64,000 bases of DNA, taken from assembly GCA_963812085.1 (NCBI GenBank), contig CAWETL010000009.1, positions 374,592 through 438,591 of the forward strand, given 5' to 3'. Position numbers and translations under genes: made by a program. The DNA is from an uncultured Gemmatimonadales bacterium. GTDB lineage: Bacteria; Gemmatimonadota; Gemmatimonadetes; Gemmatimonadales; GWC2-71-9. The notes under the pieces were generated by a model. The model saw only the letters and a program-made list of their open reading frames with translations, was not told the origin of the DNA and ran no database searches. Within the stretch, counting starts at the first letter, position 1, and every line of letters begins with the position of its first letter. Below, in pieces: positions 29,953 through 38,536 of the stretch.

Positions 29953-30382
29953 TTCTGTCATTGCGAGGCCACGCAGTGGCCGAAGCAATCTCAACGGCTG
30001 GTTGCGCCCTAGTTGATGCTGGCGTGCAACCATGGACCCATGCCTGGCCGCCGCTGCTATTTCGTCTACCTCCTCACCAACTCCAGCCGGCGCGTCCTGT
30101 ACACCGGCGTCACTCGGGACCTGCAGCGTCGCGTGGCTCAACACAGGGCGGGTAGAGGAGGGGCGTTCACGGCCCGATATCGAGTGAGGCATCTCGTATG
30201 GTTCGAGGCCCACGAGAACCCTGTGAGCGCCATCCTTCGCGAAAAGCAACTCAAGGCCGGCCCTCGGCACCGAAAGCTCGCCCTGATCCAGGCCATGAAC
30301 CCGACGTGGCGGGACCTCTGGGAAGAGTTGTAGACCGAGATTGCTTCGTCGGCCCCTTCGGGGCCTCCTCGCAATGACAAAA
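29953..30382 (+). mobile_element. candidate autonomous unit: arm A (29953-29992) - GIY-YIG ORF - arm B reverse (30337-30382)
   Basis: It has the same arm pair and orientation as the ~90-bp coding-free elements, but with a 98-aa nuclease ORF between the arms. Mobility is inferred, not shown. Confidence 0.4.
30040..30333 (+). CDS. GIY-YIG nuclease family protein (YhbQ/UPF0213-like)
   Basis: CYFVYLLT (GIY-type), RVLYTGVT (YIG), RRVAQH and REKQLK motifs in about 98 aa. Alternative upstream starts are TTG 30013 and ATG 30016. Confidence 0.85.
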   Translation: MPGRRCYFVYLLTNSSRRVLYTGVTRDLQRRVAQHRAGRGGAFTARYRVRHLVWFEAHENPVSAILREKQLKAGPRHRKLALIQAMNPTWRDLWEEL

Positions 30383-30396
30383 TGTCGGCCTCACCC

Positions 30397-30497
30397 TTCT
30401 GTCATTGCAGGGCCGCGCAGTGGCCGAAGCAATCTCGATGGTCGTGGATCGAGATTGCTTCGTCGGCCCCTGGCGGGGCCTCCTCGCAATGACAGAA
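30397..30497. repeat. complete 101-bp element of the hairpin repeat family (arm A forward + 14-nt spacer + arm B reverse)
   Basis: Sequence: TTCTGTCATTGCAGGGCCGCGCAGTGGCCGAAGCAATCTC-gatggtcgtggatc-GAGATTGCTTCGTCGGCCCCTGGCGGGGCCTCCTCGCAATGACAGAA. Confidence 0.85.
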
Positions 30498-30508
30498 CAA
30501 TCGTACCC

Positions 30509-33484
30509 CTAGATGGCCGGCGCGAAACTCAACACCCACCGGAAGCCCACCTGGTCGGCGGGATGCGTATCCTGCGCCAGTGAGGGCACGCTCACCCACA
30601 GCGGCACGTCGAACCGCGTCACAAACGAAGTGCCGCCGATCTTGTGCGATGCGCTCACCCCGATGCCGGCGTCGCCGAACACGCGGAGCGGGCCGTAGGT
30701 GGCGCTTCCGGTCGGCGGATCGCTGAGCGCCACGTCGCCAAAGGCGCCGACGGTGACCTTGTTGAACAGGTGGGCGCCGTTCCGGAGGACGAGGGTGCGG
30801 TCGAGCTGGGCGTTGAGCGCGTAGGCCTGCCGCGCGCTCAGGCGCGGGTCGAGCCCGCGCATGTTGGCGCCGCCCGGCGCCTGGTAGTAGAACCCCGGGC
30901 GCACCAGCAGCGCGCCTTCGGAGCGCAGGAACGGATTGTACAGCTGCTCGTACGGGTCGGCCCCGCCGAGGTACACCTGCCGCTGCTTGACGAGCGCATC
31001 CTTGGCCAGGGCGATGCCGGCGTAGCCGCGGAACGCGACCGCCATCTTCTTGCCCAGCGGGCGGCGCGCGGTGCCCACCAGCGAGGCCCGAAGGTATCCC
31101 TGGGTGTCGTAGCGGTCCTGGGTGCTGACGCCGGGGCCCTGGTTGTCGTACATCACGCCGCCGCCGAGCGACCCGTTCGTCCCAAGCTGCCAGGCGCCGC
31201 TCCGGTTGCTCACGCCGCCGTAGAGCGTGGCCTCGACCGTGCCGGCGTCCTGGTAGTAGCCGGGGTCGAGGAACGCCATGTTGGTCGTCGTGACCCAGCG
31301 GAGGGAAAGCCCCTGGGTGACGGTGGGCCCGAAGGTGAAGTGGTCGCGCCGCTTCTTCTCGAGGATGACCGTGGCGCCGGCGCGCCCTTCCATCGAGAAG
31401 CCCTCGAAGACCTGGCTCATGTTGGTCGAACGGAGTGCGGTCGGGTTCTTGACCCGGGCAAAGACGTCCAGCGTGCGCACCGGGTCGTCCGCGCCCCAGC
31501 CGGTGCCGCCGGTGATCGAGAGGACGTTCTGGTCGAACCGACCGAGATAGTCGCTCCGGCTCCGGAGGCCGAGCGTCACGCCGCCGGCGTCGTTGTACCA
31601 GCCCTCAGGTGCGAGGCCCAGCGTCATGTGGTCGCGGGCGGTCCTGGTGGAGAAGTAGGTGTCGAGGTACGGCTCGACCCGCCCCGGGTTGGAGAACAGC
31701 CCGAACGACTTGTGGTTGTTGAGGAAGTTCCAGTCGCCGGTCTGGACCCTGGGGTCGAGCGTCACGCCCTTCGGCTCGCTGTTGGTGTGGACTTCCACCC
31801 ACTCCCGCTCCGCCGTCCCGACCGACCGCACCGTGGCGGTGTCGGTGGCGCCTGCCACCTGCACCTCGACCGGAAGCTGCCGCGGCGCCTTCCGCAGCAC
31901 TTCCACCCGGGTCGTCCAGCCGCCGTCGGGGTTCCGCGCCTTGCTCGTCCGCCCGACGGCGTAGTCGGTCAGGTCCACGGCGTGGAGTTGCTGGGCAAAG
32001 AACGGCCCCAGCGGCTGGCGTGACGTGGCCTCGGCCACGGCGCGAAAGCGATCCTCGTTCACGTGGCGCAGCTTCCACTGGGCGTAGTAGTTGTGGAGCA
32101 CGTTCTGCATCGTGGTGTCGCCAAGTACGTACTGCAGGCGGCGGAGGAACAGCTCGCCACCGGAATAGATGCTCATGTTGTAGGTGAAGAAGTCCCGGTA
32201 GTCGTTGCTCACCATGCTCGTGGGCTCGGCGTAGCCGTCGAGCTGCAGTCCCAGCAGGAAGCGTTCGGTGCCGGCCACGCCGCCGGCGCCGCCGTGAGCG
32301 TCGGCGAACAGTCCTTCCTGGTAGGAGGTGAAGCCCTCGTCGAGCCATCCCTCACGCCATTCGTTGTTGGCCAGGATGCCCATCACGTAGTTGTGCCCGC
32401 CCTCGTGGACGATCAGCCCCTGCCCTGCCGAGCCGTCCATGATCATCATGGGGAATTCGGTGCCGCCCCCCTCGATCCGGTGCACGTTGGTGAACTGCGG
32501 CCAGGGAAACGTCCCGAAAGTCTGGTCCAGCCAGGCGAGGGCCGTTTCGGTGCGCTGGACGGCCACGCCACCGCCCCAGCTCTTCTCGTCGCCGGGTTGG
32601 TAGAGCACATGGACCACGACGTTGCCCCACTTCCCGCCCTCGTAACGGTAGTCCGGATTGAGCGACATCGCGAAGTGGTGCACGTCCGCGGCGTACCAGG
32701 TGACGACCTTTCGCCCCGGGGCGGCGGACGCCGTGGCGCAGCCGAAGCGCGCCGGATCGCCGTAGAAATCGCGCCGGTAGTCGATCGGTCGGCCCGGCTG
32801 GCGGCTCGCGCGAGCCCAGCCCGGGTCGCCGCAGACGGGAACGCCCGTCGCACCGATCACCTCGTCCTCGGGCACGTCGAGCCGGACCAGGAAGGTGCCG
32901 AACTCCCCGTAGAACTCGCCGGCCGGGTACAGCGCGTGCTCCTCCCAGCCGTACTGGTCGTACACCACCACCCGCGGATACCACTGCGCAAAGTCGAAGG
33001 CCCGGCCTCGGCGCCCCTGCCGCCGCGGTGGGATGGAAGGCCGCGCGTCCCAGTTCATCTCGGCGACGAGCGAGTCTCCGGGCGCCAACGGACGGGGGAG
33101 CATGAACCGCACGATCGTGCTGTCGGGCGCGAAGGGATAGATGGCCTCGACCGGCTGGCCCATGATCCGCACGTTCCGGACGTGGTTGAAGCCGTAGTTC
33201 GGGTCCTTGAGGTCGTTGTACCGGCGATTGTGCTCCACCGAGTCCGCGGCGGCCCAGCGGCTCCCGGGACGGAAGGCGTTGAGGTAGAGATGGAAGCTCA
33301 GCTGGCGGAGGGTGTCCGGCGAGTTGTTCCGGTAGAGCACCTCCTGGCGCCCGCTCAGGACGCCCTTGGGCTCGTCGAGCGAGGCGTCGATCTGGTAGGC
33401 CACGAATTGCTGCCAGTACGGCGCGGGCCCGGTGCCGGGCGTGGCCTGCTGGAGGCTGGCGAGCGCAACGAGGGCGAGGAGCAT
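30509..33484 (-). CDS. M1 family metallopeptidase with ~450-aa C-terminal extension
   Basis: HEGGHNYVMGILANNEWREGWLDEGF (HExxH-18-E) and an upstream GGTEFP (GxMEN-like) motif. The N-terminal LLALVALASLQQA looks signal-like. The C-terminal half has an alternating beta-strand-like pattern. Confidence 0.8.
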   Translation of the reverse strand: MLLALVALASLQQATPGTGPAPYWQQFVAYQIDASLDEPKGVLSGRQEVLYRNNSPDTLRQLSFHLYLNAFRPGSRWAAADSVEHNRRYNDLKDPNYGFNHVRNVRIMGQPVEAIYPFAPDSTIVRFMLPRPLAPGDSLVAEMNWDARPSIPPRRQGRRGRAFDFAQWYPRVVVYDQYGWEEHALYPAGEFYGEFGTFLVRLDVPEDEVIGATGVPVCGDPGWARASRQPGRPIDYRRDFYGDPARFGCATASAAPGRKVVTWYAADVHHFAMSLNPDYRYEGGKWGNVVVHVLYQPGDEKSWGGGVAVQRTETALAWLDQTFGTFPWPQFTNVHRIEGGGTEFPMMIMDGSAGQGLIVHEGGHNYVMGILANNEWREGWLDEGFTSYQEGLFADAHGGAGGVAGTERFLLGLQLDGYAEPTSMVSNDYRDFFTYNMSIYSGGELFLRRLQYVLGDTTMQNVLHNYYAQWKLRHVNEDRFRAVAEATSRQPLGPFFAQQLHAVDLTDYAVGRTSKARNPDGGWTTRVEVLRKAPRQLPVEVQVAGATDTATVRSVGTAEREWVEVHTNSEPKGVTLDPRVQTGDWNFLNNHKSFGLFSNPGRVEPYLDTYFSTRTARDHMTLGLAPEGWYNDAGGVTLGLRSRSDYLGRFDQNVLSITGGTGWGADDPVRTLDVFARVKNPTALRSTNMSQVFEGFSMEGRAGATVILEKKRRDHFTFGPTVTQGLSLRWVTTTNMAFLDPGYYQDAGTVEATLYGGVSNRSGAWQLGTNGSLGGGVMYDNQGPGVSTQDRYDTQGYLRASLVGTARRPLGKKMAVAFRGYAGIALAKDALVKQRQVYLGGADPYEQLYNPFLRSEGALLVRPGFYYQAPGGANMRGLDPRLSARQAYALNAQLDRTLVLRNGAHLFNKVTVGAFGDVALSDPPTGSATYGPLRVFGDAGIGVSASHKIGGTSFVTRFDVPLWVSVPSLAQDTHPADQVGFRWVLSFAPAI

Positions 33485-33516
33485 CGTCGAGTCCGGGGTG
33501 AGAGCTGAGTCGGGTT

Positions 33517-33553
33517 TCGAAAAGTAAACAGGCCCACCCGCTGGGGTGAGCCC
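33517..33553 (-). terminator. intrinsic terminator candidate downstream of atpH
   Basis: The minus strand reads GGCTCACCC-CAGC-GGGTGGGCC, a 9-bp stem with one G.U pair. It is followed by TGTTTACTTTTCG and begins 23 nt after the atpH stop. Confidence 0.5.
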
Positions 33554-33575
33554 GTTCCATACGTCCGGGAGGCGG

Positions 33576-34112
33576 CTAGCGATTCAGCAGCTGCCGCCGG
33601 AGCATGATGAGCTTGCGCCGGAGCGAGCCGTCGTGCACCCGGTCGCCGATGCGGACCAGCGCGCCGCCCAGCACGGCGGGATCCGCCGAGAAGCCCACCA
33701 GCGCCTCCTTGCCGAGCGCCGTGGTGAGGGCGGCGGCGATCTGTTTCTGGAGCGGGGCGTCAGCGTCGTGTGCCAGCGTCACGCCGACCCGCACCCGGTT
33801 GAGCTTGCCGTCGACCAGCCCGGTGTAGGCCTCCGAGATCTCGGCCAGCATGCCCTGCCGGTTACGCTTGACCAGCGCCTGCAGGAACAGGACGAACGGC
33901 TTCGGTGCGTCCGGCAGGGTGTTCGCGAGGAGCCGCGCCTTGGCCGCCTTGGACACCCGGGGCGACATCAGCACCCCCTGCGCGTTCGGCGTGGCGGACA
34001 CGGCGCCCGCCAGCCCCTCGAGGAGCGCGCCGTACCGCACGCTCTCCCCCTGCGCCTCGCCGAGCTCGAAGAGCGCCTCGGCGTAGTTCCGGGCGATCAC
34101 CTCGTGCTTCAC
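33576..34112 (-). CDS. atpH: F-type ATP synthase subunit delta (OSCP)
   Basis: MKHEVIARNYAEALFELG.. and C-terminal ..GGALVRIGDRVHDGSLRRKL.. are typical of AtpH. It follows atpF. Confidence 0.85.
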   Translation of the reverse strand: MKHEVIARNYAEALFELGEAQGESVRYGALLEGLAGAVSATPNAQGVLMSPRVSKAAKARLLANTLPDAPKPFVLFLQALVKRNRQGMLAEISEAYTGLVDGKLNRVRVGVTLAHDADAPLQKQIAAALTTALGKEALVGFSADPAVLGGALVRIGDRVHDGSLRRKLIMLRRQLLNR

Positions 34113-34651
34113 TGCGGCGACTCCAGGCTCGCGAGGTAGTCGATGACGATCTTCTTGTCCGCGTCGGCGCCGAGCCGCTCGCCGATCAGCTTGGAGGCCG
34201 CCGCCAGCGACAGGTCCACCGCCTCGCGGCGGAGTTCCTGGCGCGCCTTCTCTCCCTCGGCGGCGATTTCCCGCCGCGCGCGAGCCAGCAGCTGTTCCTG
34301 CTCGTCCCGCGTCTTCTGGACCGCGATCGAGCGTTCCTTCTCCGAAGCCGCCTTGGCCTCGGCCATCACGGCCTGGGCCTGCGTGCGCGCCTCACCGAGC
34401 AGCTTCTGCTGCTCGGCGAGGAGCGCCGTGGCCTTCGCGTGCGCCTGCTCCGCCTCCTCCAGGTGGCGACGGATGGTCTGCTCGCGCTCCTCGGTGACGG
34501 TGAGGATGGCCGGCCAGGCGTACTTCTTCAGCAGGAAGTAGAGGGCGATGAAGACCACCCACGTCCAGAAGAAGAGCCCGAAGTTCACCTCGAAGGGCGA
34601 CGCCGGGGCCCCGCTGGCACCCTCCGATACGACGAGCAGCGCGGAGTACAT
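34109..34651 (-). CDS. atpF: F-type ATP synthase subunit b
   Basis: One N-terminal TM helix followed by a long charged coiled coil (..EEREQTIRRHLEEAEQAHAKA..). Position is between atpE and atpH. Confidence 0.8.
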   Translation of the reverse strand: MYSALLVVSEGASGAPASPFEVNFGLFFWTWVVFIALYFLLKKYAWPAILTVTEEREQTIRRHLEEAEQAHAKATALLAEQQKLLGEARTQAQAVMAEAKAASEKERSIAVQKTRDEQEQLLARARREIAAEGEKARQELRREAVDLSLAAASKLIGERLGADADKKIVIDYLASLESPQ

Positions 34652-34660
34652 GGAACCGCC

Positions 34661-34960
34661 TTACGCGATGAGCTTGAACAGCAGGGCGAACACCAGCGCG
34701 ATGATCGTGGCGCCCTCGAGGAGCACGGCGATCAGGAGCGCGGCGCCGCGGATTTCGCCGGCCGCTTCGGGCTGGCGGGCGATCGCTTCGGCGGCCTGGC
34801 CACCGATCCGGCCGAGGCCGATGCCGGCGCCCAGCACGGCCAGCCCGATGCCGATGCCGGCGCCGAGGAGGGCGTTGGTGTTCTTGGCGGCCGCGATGAA
34901 GTCGGCGCCCGACGGCCCGCCGTTGGCGGCCGCGTCCTGGATGAGGCTGAGGAGGAACAT
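34661..34960 (-). CDS. atpE: F-type ATP synthase subunit c
   Basis: From ATG 34960: hairpin of two TM helices with GAGIGIGLAVLGAGIGLG, loop ARQPE and a carboxylate in LLEGATI. About 25 aa of N-terminal extension. Confidence 0.85.
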   Translation of the reverse strand: MFLLSLIQDAAANGGPSGADFIAAAKNTNALLGAGIGIGLAVLGAGIGLGRIGGQAAEAIARQPEAAGEIRGAALLIAVLLEGATIIALVFALLFKLIA

Positions 34961-35149
34961 GTGTCGATCCTGTTCAATGAGTGGAGATGTCTGGTTGTCG
35001 CGCCACCCGGTCCGGCGCCGCGTCTCCCGCGCGGCCCATCCCGGCGGCCCGCCATCGGCTCCTCGCGGAGCCAGCGGGCGCATCATCCGCCGTCCGGCGG
35101 ACTACGATCAACCCCGGCGGCGGCAGCGCGCGGCGCCGGGGGCCCTGCC

Positions 35150-35235
35150 TTCTGTCATTGCGAGGAGGCCCCTCGGGGCCGACGAAGCAACCTCGGGCCA
35201 GATTGCTTCGGCCACCACGTGGCCTCGCAATGACA
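35150..35235. repeat. complete 86-bp element of the hairpin repeat family, flipped (arm B forward + arm A reverse)
   Basis: Sequence: TTCTGTCATTGCGAGGAGGCCCCTCGGGGCCGACGAAGCAACCTCgggccAGATTGCTTCGGCCACCACGTGGCCTCGCAATGACA. It lies between the atpB stop and the atpE start. Confidence 0.85.
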
Positions 35236-35259
35236 CAAGCGAACTGTGCTGCGCACTCC

Positions 35260-36120
35260 CTAGTGCTCGTGCTGCATCAGCCCGATGAACACGGCCGACA
35301 GCAGCGCAAAGACGTACGCCTGCAGGAACGCCACGATCAGCTCCAGCATCATCACGCCGACCGTCAGAAGCGCGGTCATGATCCCGATGGCCCAGTTCCA
35401 GCCCTGGATGCCGCCGAAGAGGAAGATGATGCCGAAGAGCGACAGGATCACGAAGTGGCCGGCGGTCATGTTGCCGAAGAGACGGACCGCCAGCGCAAAC
35501 GGCTTGACCAGCTTGCTGACGATCTCGATCGGGGCCATGAAGATCGTGAACGCCAACGCCCCGGGTCCATGCATTCCCGGCACGTGCGGGAAGATCGTCC
35601 CCAGGTAGCCCTTGGCCCCCAGCTTGACCATCCCGCCGACCTCGATCGTCAGGAAGACCAGGATCGCCAGCGAGGCCGTCACCGCCAGGTTGCCGGTGGG
35701 CGAGGCGCCCCAGGGCAGCAGGCCGAGCAGGTTGGAATAGAGAATGAAGAAGAAGAGCGCCATGATGAGCGGGGCGAACTTCGCGCCAGTCTCGCCGATG
35801 TTGGCGATGGCGATGTCGTTCCGGACGAAGAGGACCAGCCCTTCCATGGCCGCCGCGAAGCCCTTCGGCGCCTTTTCCCCCGCCCGCTGCCGGCGGAGCG
35901 AACGTCCGGCCAGGAACATCGTCAGGAAGACGAGTGCCGCCGCCAGGATCAGGAAGACGACGTGCTTGGTGGGCGAGAGATTGAGCGTCAGCGGCCCGAG
36001 GTGCACGTCGGGCCACCGGGGAAGGTGGATCGTGCCGATCGGGTAGAACTCGATCGTCCAGGCGTCCGCCGTGTGGTGGAGCACCATTTCGCCGATGTCG
36101 GGGGCCTGGCCAGCAATCAT
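35260..36120 (-). CDS. atpB: F-type ATP synthase subunit a
   Basis: From ATG 36120: the multi-TM protein ends with ..LAVRLFGNMTAGH.. (essential Arg motif) and ..AFLQAYVF.. typical of subunit a. Confidence 0.9.
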   Translation of the reverse strand: MIAGQAPDIGEMVLHHTADAWTIEFYPIGTIHLPRWPDVHLGPLTLNLSPTKHVVFLILAAALVFLTMFLAGRSLRRQRAGEKAPKGFAAAMEGLVLFVRNDIAIANIGETGAKFAPLIMALFFFILYSNLLGLLPWGASPTGNLAVTASLAILVFLTIEVGGMVKLGAKGYLGTIFPHVPGMHGPGALAFTIFMAPIEIVSKLVKPFALAVRLFGNMTAGHFVILSLFGIIFLFGGIQGWNWAIGIMTALLTVGVMMLELIVAFLQAYVFALLSAVFIGLMQHEH

Positions 36121-36458
36121 CGTATCGTCCGTAGGTCCGAGAACATCAGGGGGATCAACACCCCCACGAACGCCAGCGCCGTCGGGAGCGGCGGAAAGAA
36201 CACCCGGTCGGCCAGCACCGCCACCAGGAAGAGCATCACCCCGAGCATCCGGAGGCCCATGCCGAGGCCCCACGCCTTGAGGAGCCGCTCGAAGGGCTGG
36301 CCGGCGGCCCGCCCGAGGAGCCCCGACGCCGCCACCTGGATGGCCGTGGCCACACTGCCGAAGAGGAGCGCCGCCGGCAGGACCGCTCGCCCAAACGCCC
36401 AGGCCAGGAGGCCGCTCACGACGGCCGTCAGCACCATCCCGAGCTTCAGCGCCTTCAC
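36117..36458 (-). CDS. atpI: AtpI-like small membrane protein
   Basis: Four hydrophobic segments, positioned between atpZ and atpB. GTG 36458 overlaps the atpZ stop (GTGA); an alternative start is ATG 36437. Confidence 0.5.
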   Translation of the reverse strand: MKALKLGMVLTAVVSGLLAWAFGRAVLPAALLFGSVATAIQVAASGLLGRAAGQPFERLLKAWGLGMGLRMLGVMLFLVAVLADRVFFPPLPTALAFVGVLIPLMFSDLRTIR

Positions 36459-36730
36459 GGTGCGCGCCGCCCGAACTTCCGCTTCGGTGCGGGGTGCTCG
36501 GCGTCGTACTCCTTTTCGTCGGCCTGGAGCTTCCAGTACACGTTGAGGAAGCTCAGCACCGAACCGAGGAGGGTGCCGGCCACCGTCAGGACCGGCATCC
36601 ACCCGAGCCAGCGATCGAGCAGGAACCCCATCCCCATGAAGAGGATGATCCCGCCGGCAAAGGTGAGGCCGAGGGAGACGTACTTGTACCCCTCCCCCAT
36701 CTCCCGGGGAGACCCCAACGGCTCTTTCAT
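36455..36730 (-). CDS. atpZ: AtpZ/AtpR (ATPase_gene1) small membrane protein
   Basis: From ATG 36730: ..YKYVSLGLTFAGGIILFMGMGFLLDRWLG.. with two TM helices. It is the first gene of the atp operon. Confidence 0.6.
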   Translation of the reverse strand: MKEPLGSPREMGEGYKYVSLGLTFAGGIILFMGMGFLLDRWLGWMPVLTVAGTLLGSVLSFLNVYWKLQADEKEYDAEHPAPKRKFGRRAP

Positions 36731-36748
36731 CGGGGCCAAAATTACCCG

Positions 36749-36768
36749 CTTGTGAAAAATTTCGCAAG
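36749..36768. promoter_or_regulatory. CRP/FNR-family-like palindrome in the AT-rich region upstream of the atp operon
   Basis: CTTGTGAAAAATTTCGCAAG contains TGTGA-N6-TCGCA, one mismatch from the CRP-type TGTGA-N6-TCACA. It lies 19 nt upstream of the atpZ start in a divergent intergenic region. Confidence 0.3.
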
Positions 36769-36866
36769 CAACTTTTGGCCCCCGGATTTGACTTCCGCGG
36801 AGCCACCGGGAGATTGCCGCTGTCAGGGCCCGTGCGGGGCGCTGGACCCCCTCCAGGAGGTCTCTA

Positions 36867-37325
36867 ATGATCCGGAAACTGTTCCTCGCCGTGGGCCTCG
36901 CGGCCCTCGTCACCGTCCCCCTTCACGCCCAGGACAGCGCGGCCGTCGCCAAGGCGATCAACGACCTCGAAGGCCAGTGGGCCGTCTCCCTGGCGGCCGC
37001 GCAACTGGACCGCGGTCGAGACGTTCCTGGCGCCCGACTACATGGCCACCGACGGCACCGGGAAGCGGATCGAACCGGACCACCTACCTCGCCGAGCCTG
37101 AGCGATGCGGGGTGAAGTACTCCAACGTCACGAACGGCGCCTACACCGTCGTGGTGAGCGGCAATACCGCAGTCCACCTCGGCGAGGGCACGCTTTACCG
37201 TGAAGAGCAAGAAGGGCAAGGTGTCGCACATCCGGATCAGGTCTGGACCGACACCTGGGTCCGGCAGGCCAACGGACATGTGGCTCTGCATCGCGAGCCA
37301 GTGGGTGGAGCACAAGGTGAAGTAA
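36867..37325 (+). pseudogene. DUF4440/SnoaL-like (NTF2-fold) secreted protein gene with multiple frameshifts
   Basis: Good SD (AGGAGG 8 nt upstream) and signal peptide MIRKLFLAVGLAALVTVPLHAQ. Protein-like sequence continues through frame changes 0->1 (~37000), 1->2 (~37076), 2->0 (~37196), 0->2 (~37240) and 2->0 (~37278), ending ..WLCIASQWVEHKVK* at 37325. Confidence 0.6.
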
Positions 37326-37420
37326 CTCTAGCGCGCGGGGCCCGGGCCTGCCCTTCGGGCCCGTCCCGGTGCAACTTTCCCTCACGGCACGCCGTAGCGC
37401 ACTGAACACCCCGACCGTGA

Positions 37421-38440
<1,020 letters not shown>

Positions 38441-38447
38441 CGCGGCG

Positions 38448-38511
38448 GGGCAGCGGGGCAGCGGGTCAGGAAATGCAGAAGGGGCGCACGGCTGTGCGCC
38501 CCTTCTGCATT
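38448..38511. repeat. second repeat family, copy 1: GGGCAGCGGGGCAGCG box + long GC hairpin
   Basis: The GGGCAGCGGGGCAGCG box is at 38448-38463. The perfect 18-bp stem AATGCAGAAGGGGCGCAC-ggct-GTGCGCCCCTTCTGCATT is at 38472-38511. Confidence 0.8.
38472..38511. terminator. bidirectional terminator candidate between convergent moxR and lipoprotein genes
   Basis: An 18-bp perfect stem with a 4-nt loop lies between the two convergent stops (38440 and 38537). There is no clear U-tract. Confidence 0.45.
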
Positions 38512-38536
38512 CCGGGCTTCGATCCGTCGGCGGCGG

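Noticed and set aside
29845-29992. Possible mini-CRISPR array (regularly spaced 16-nt repeats).
   Set aside because: The period is only 26-30 nt, so the 'spacers' are about 10 nt of C-rich filler. The repeat is the terminal motif of the dispersed hairpin family, and no cas genes are present.
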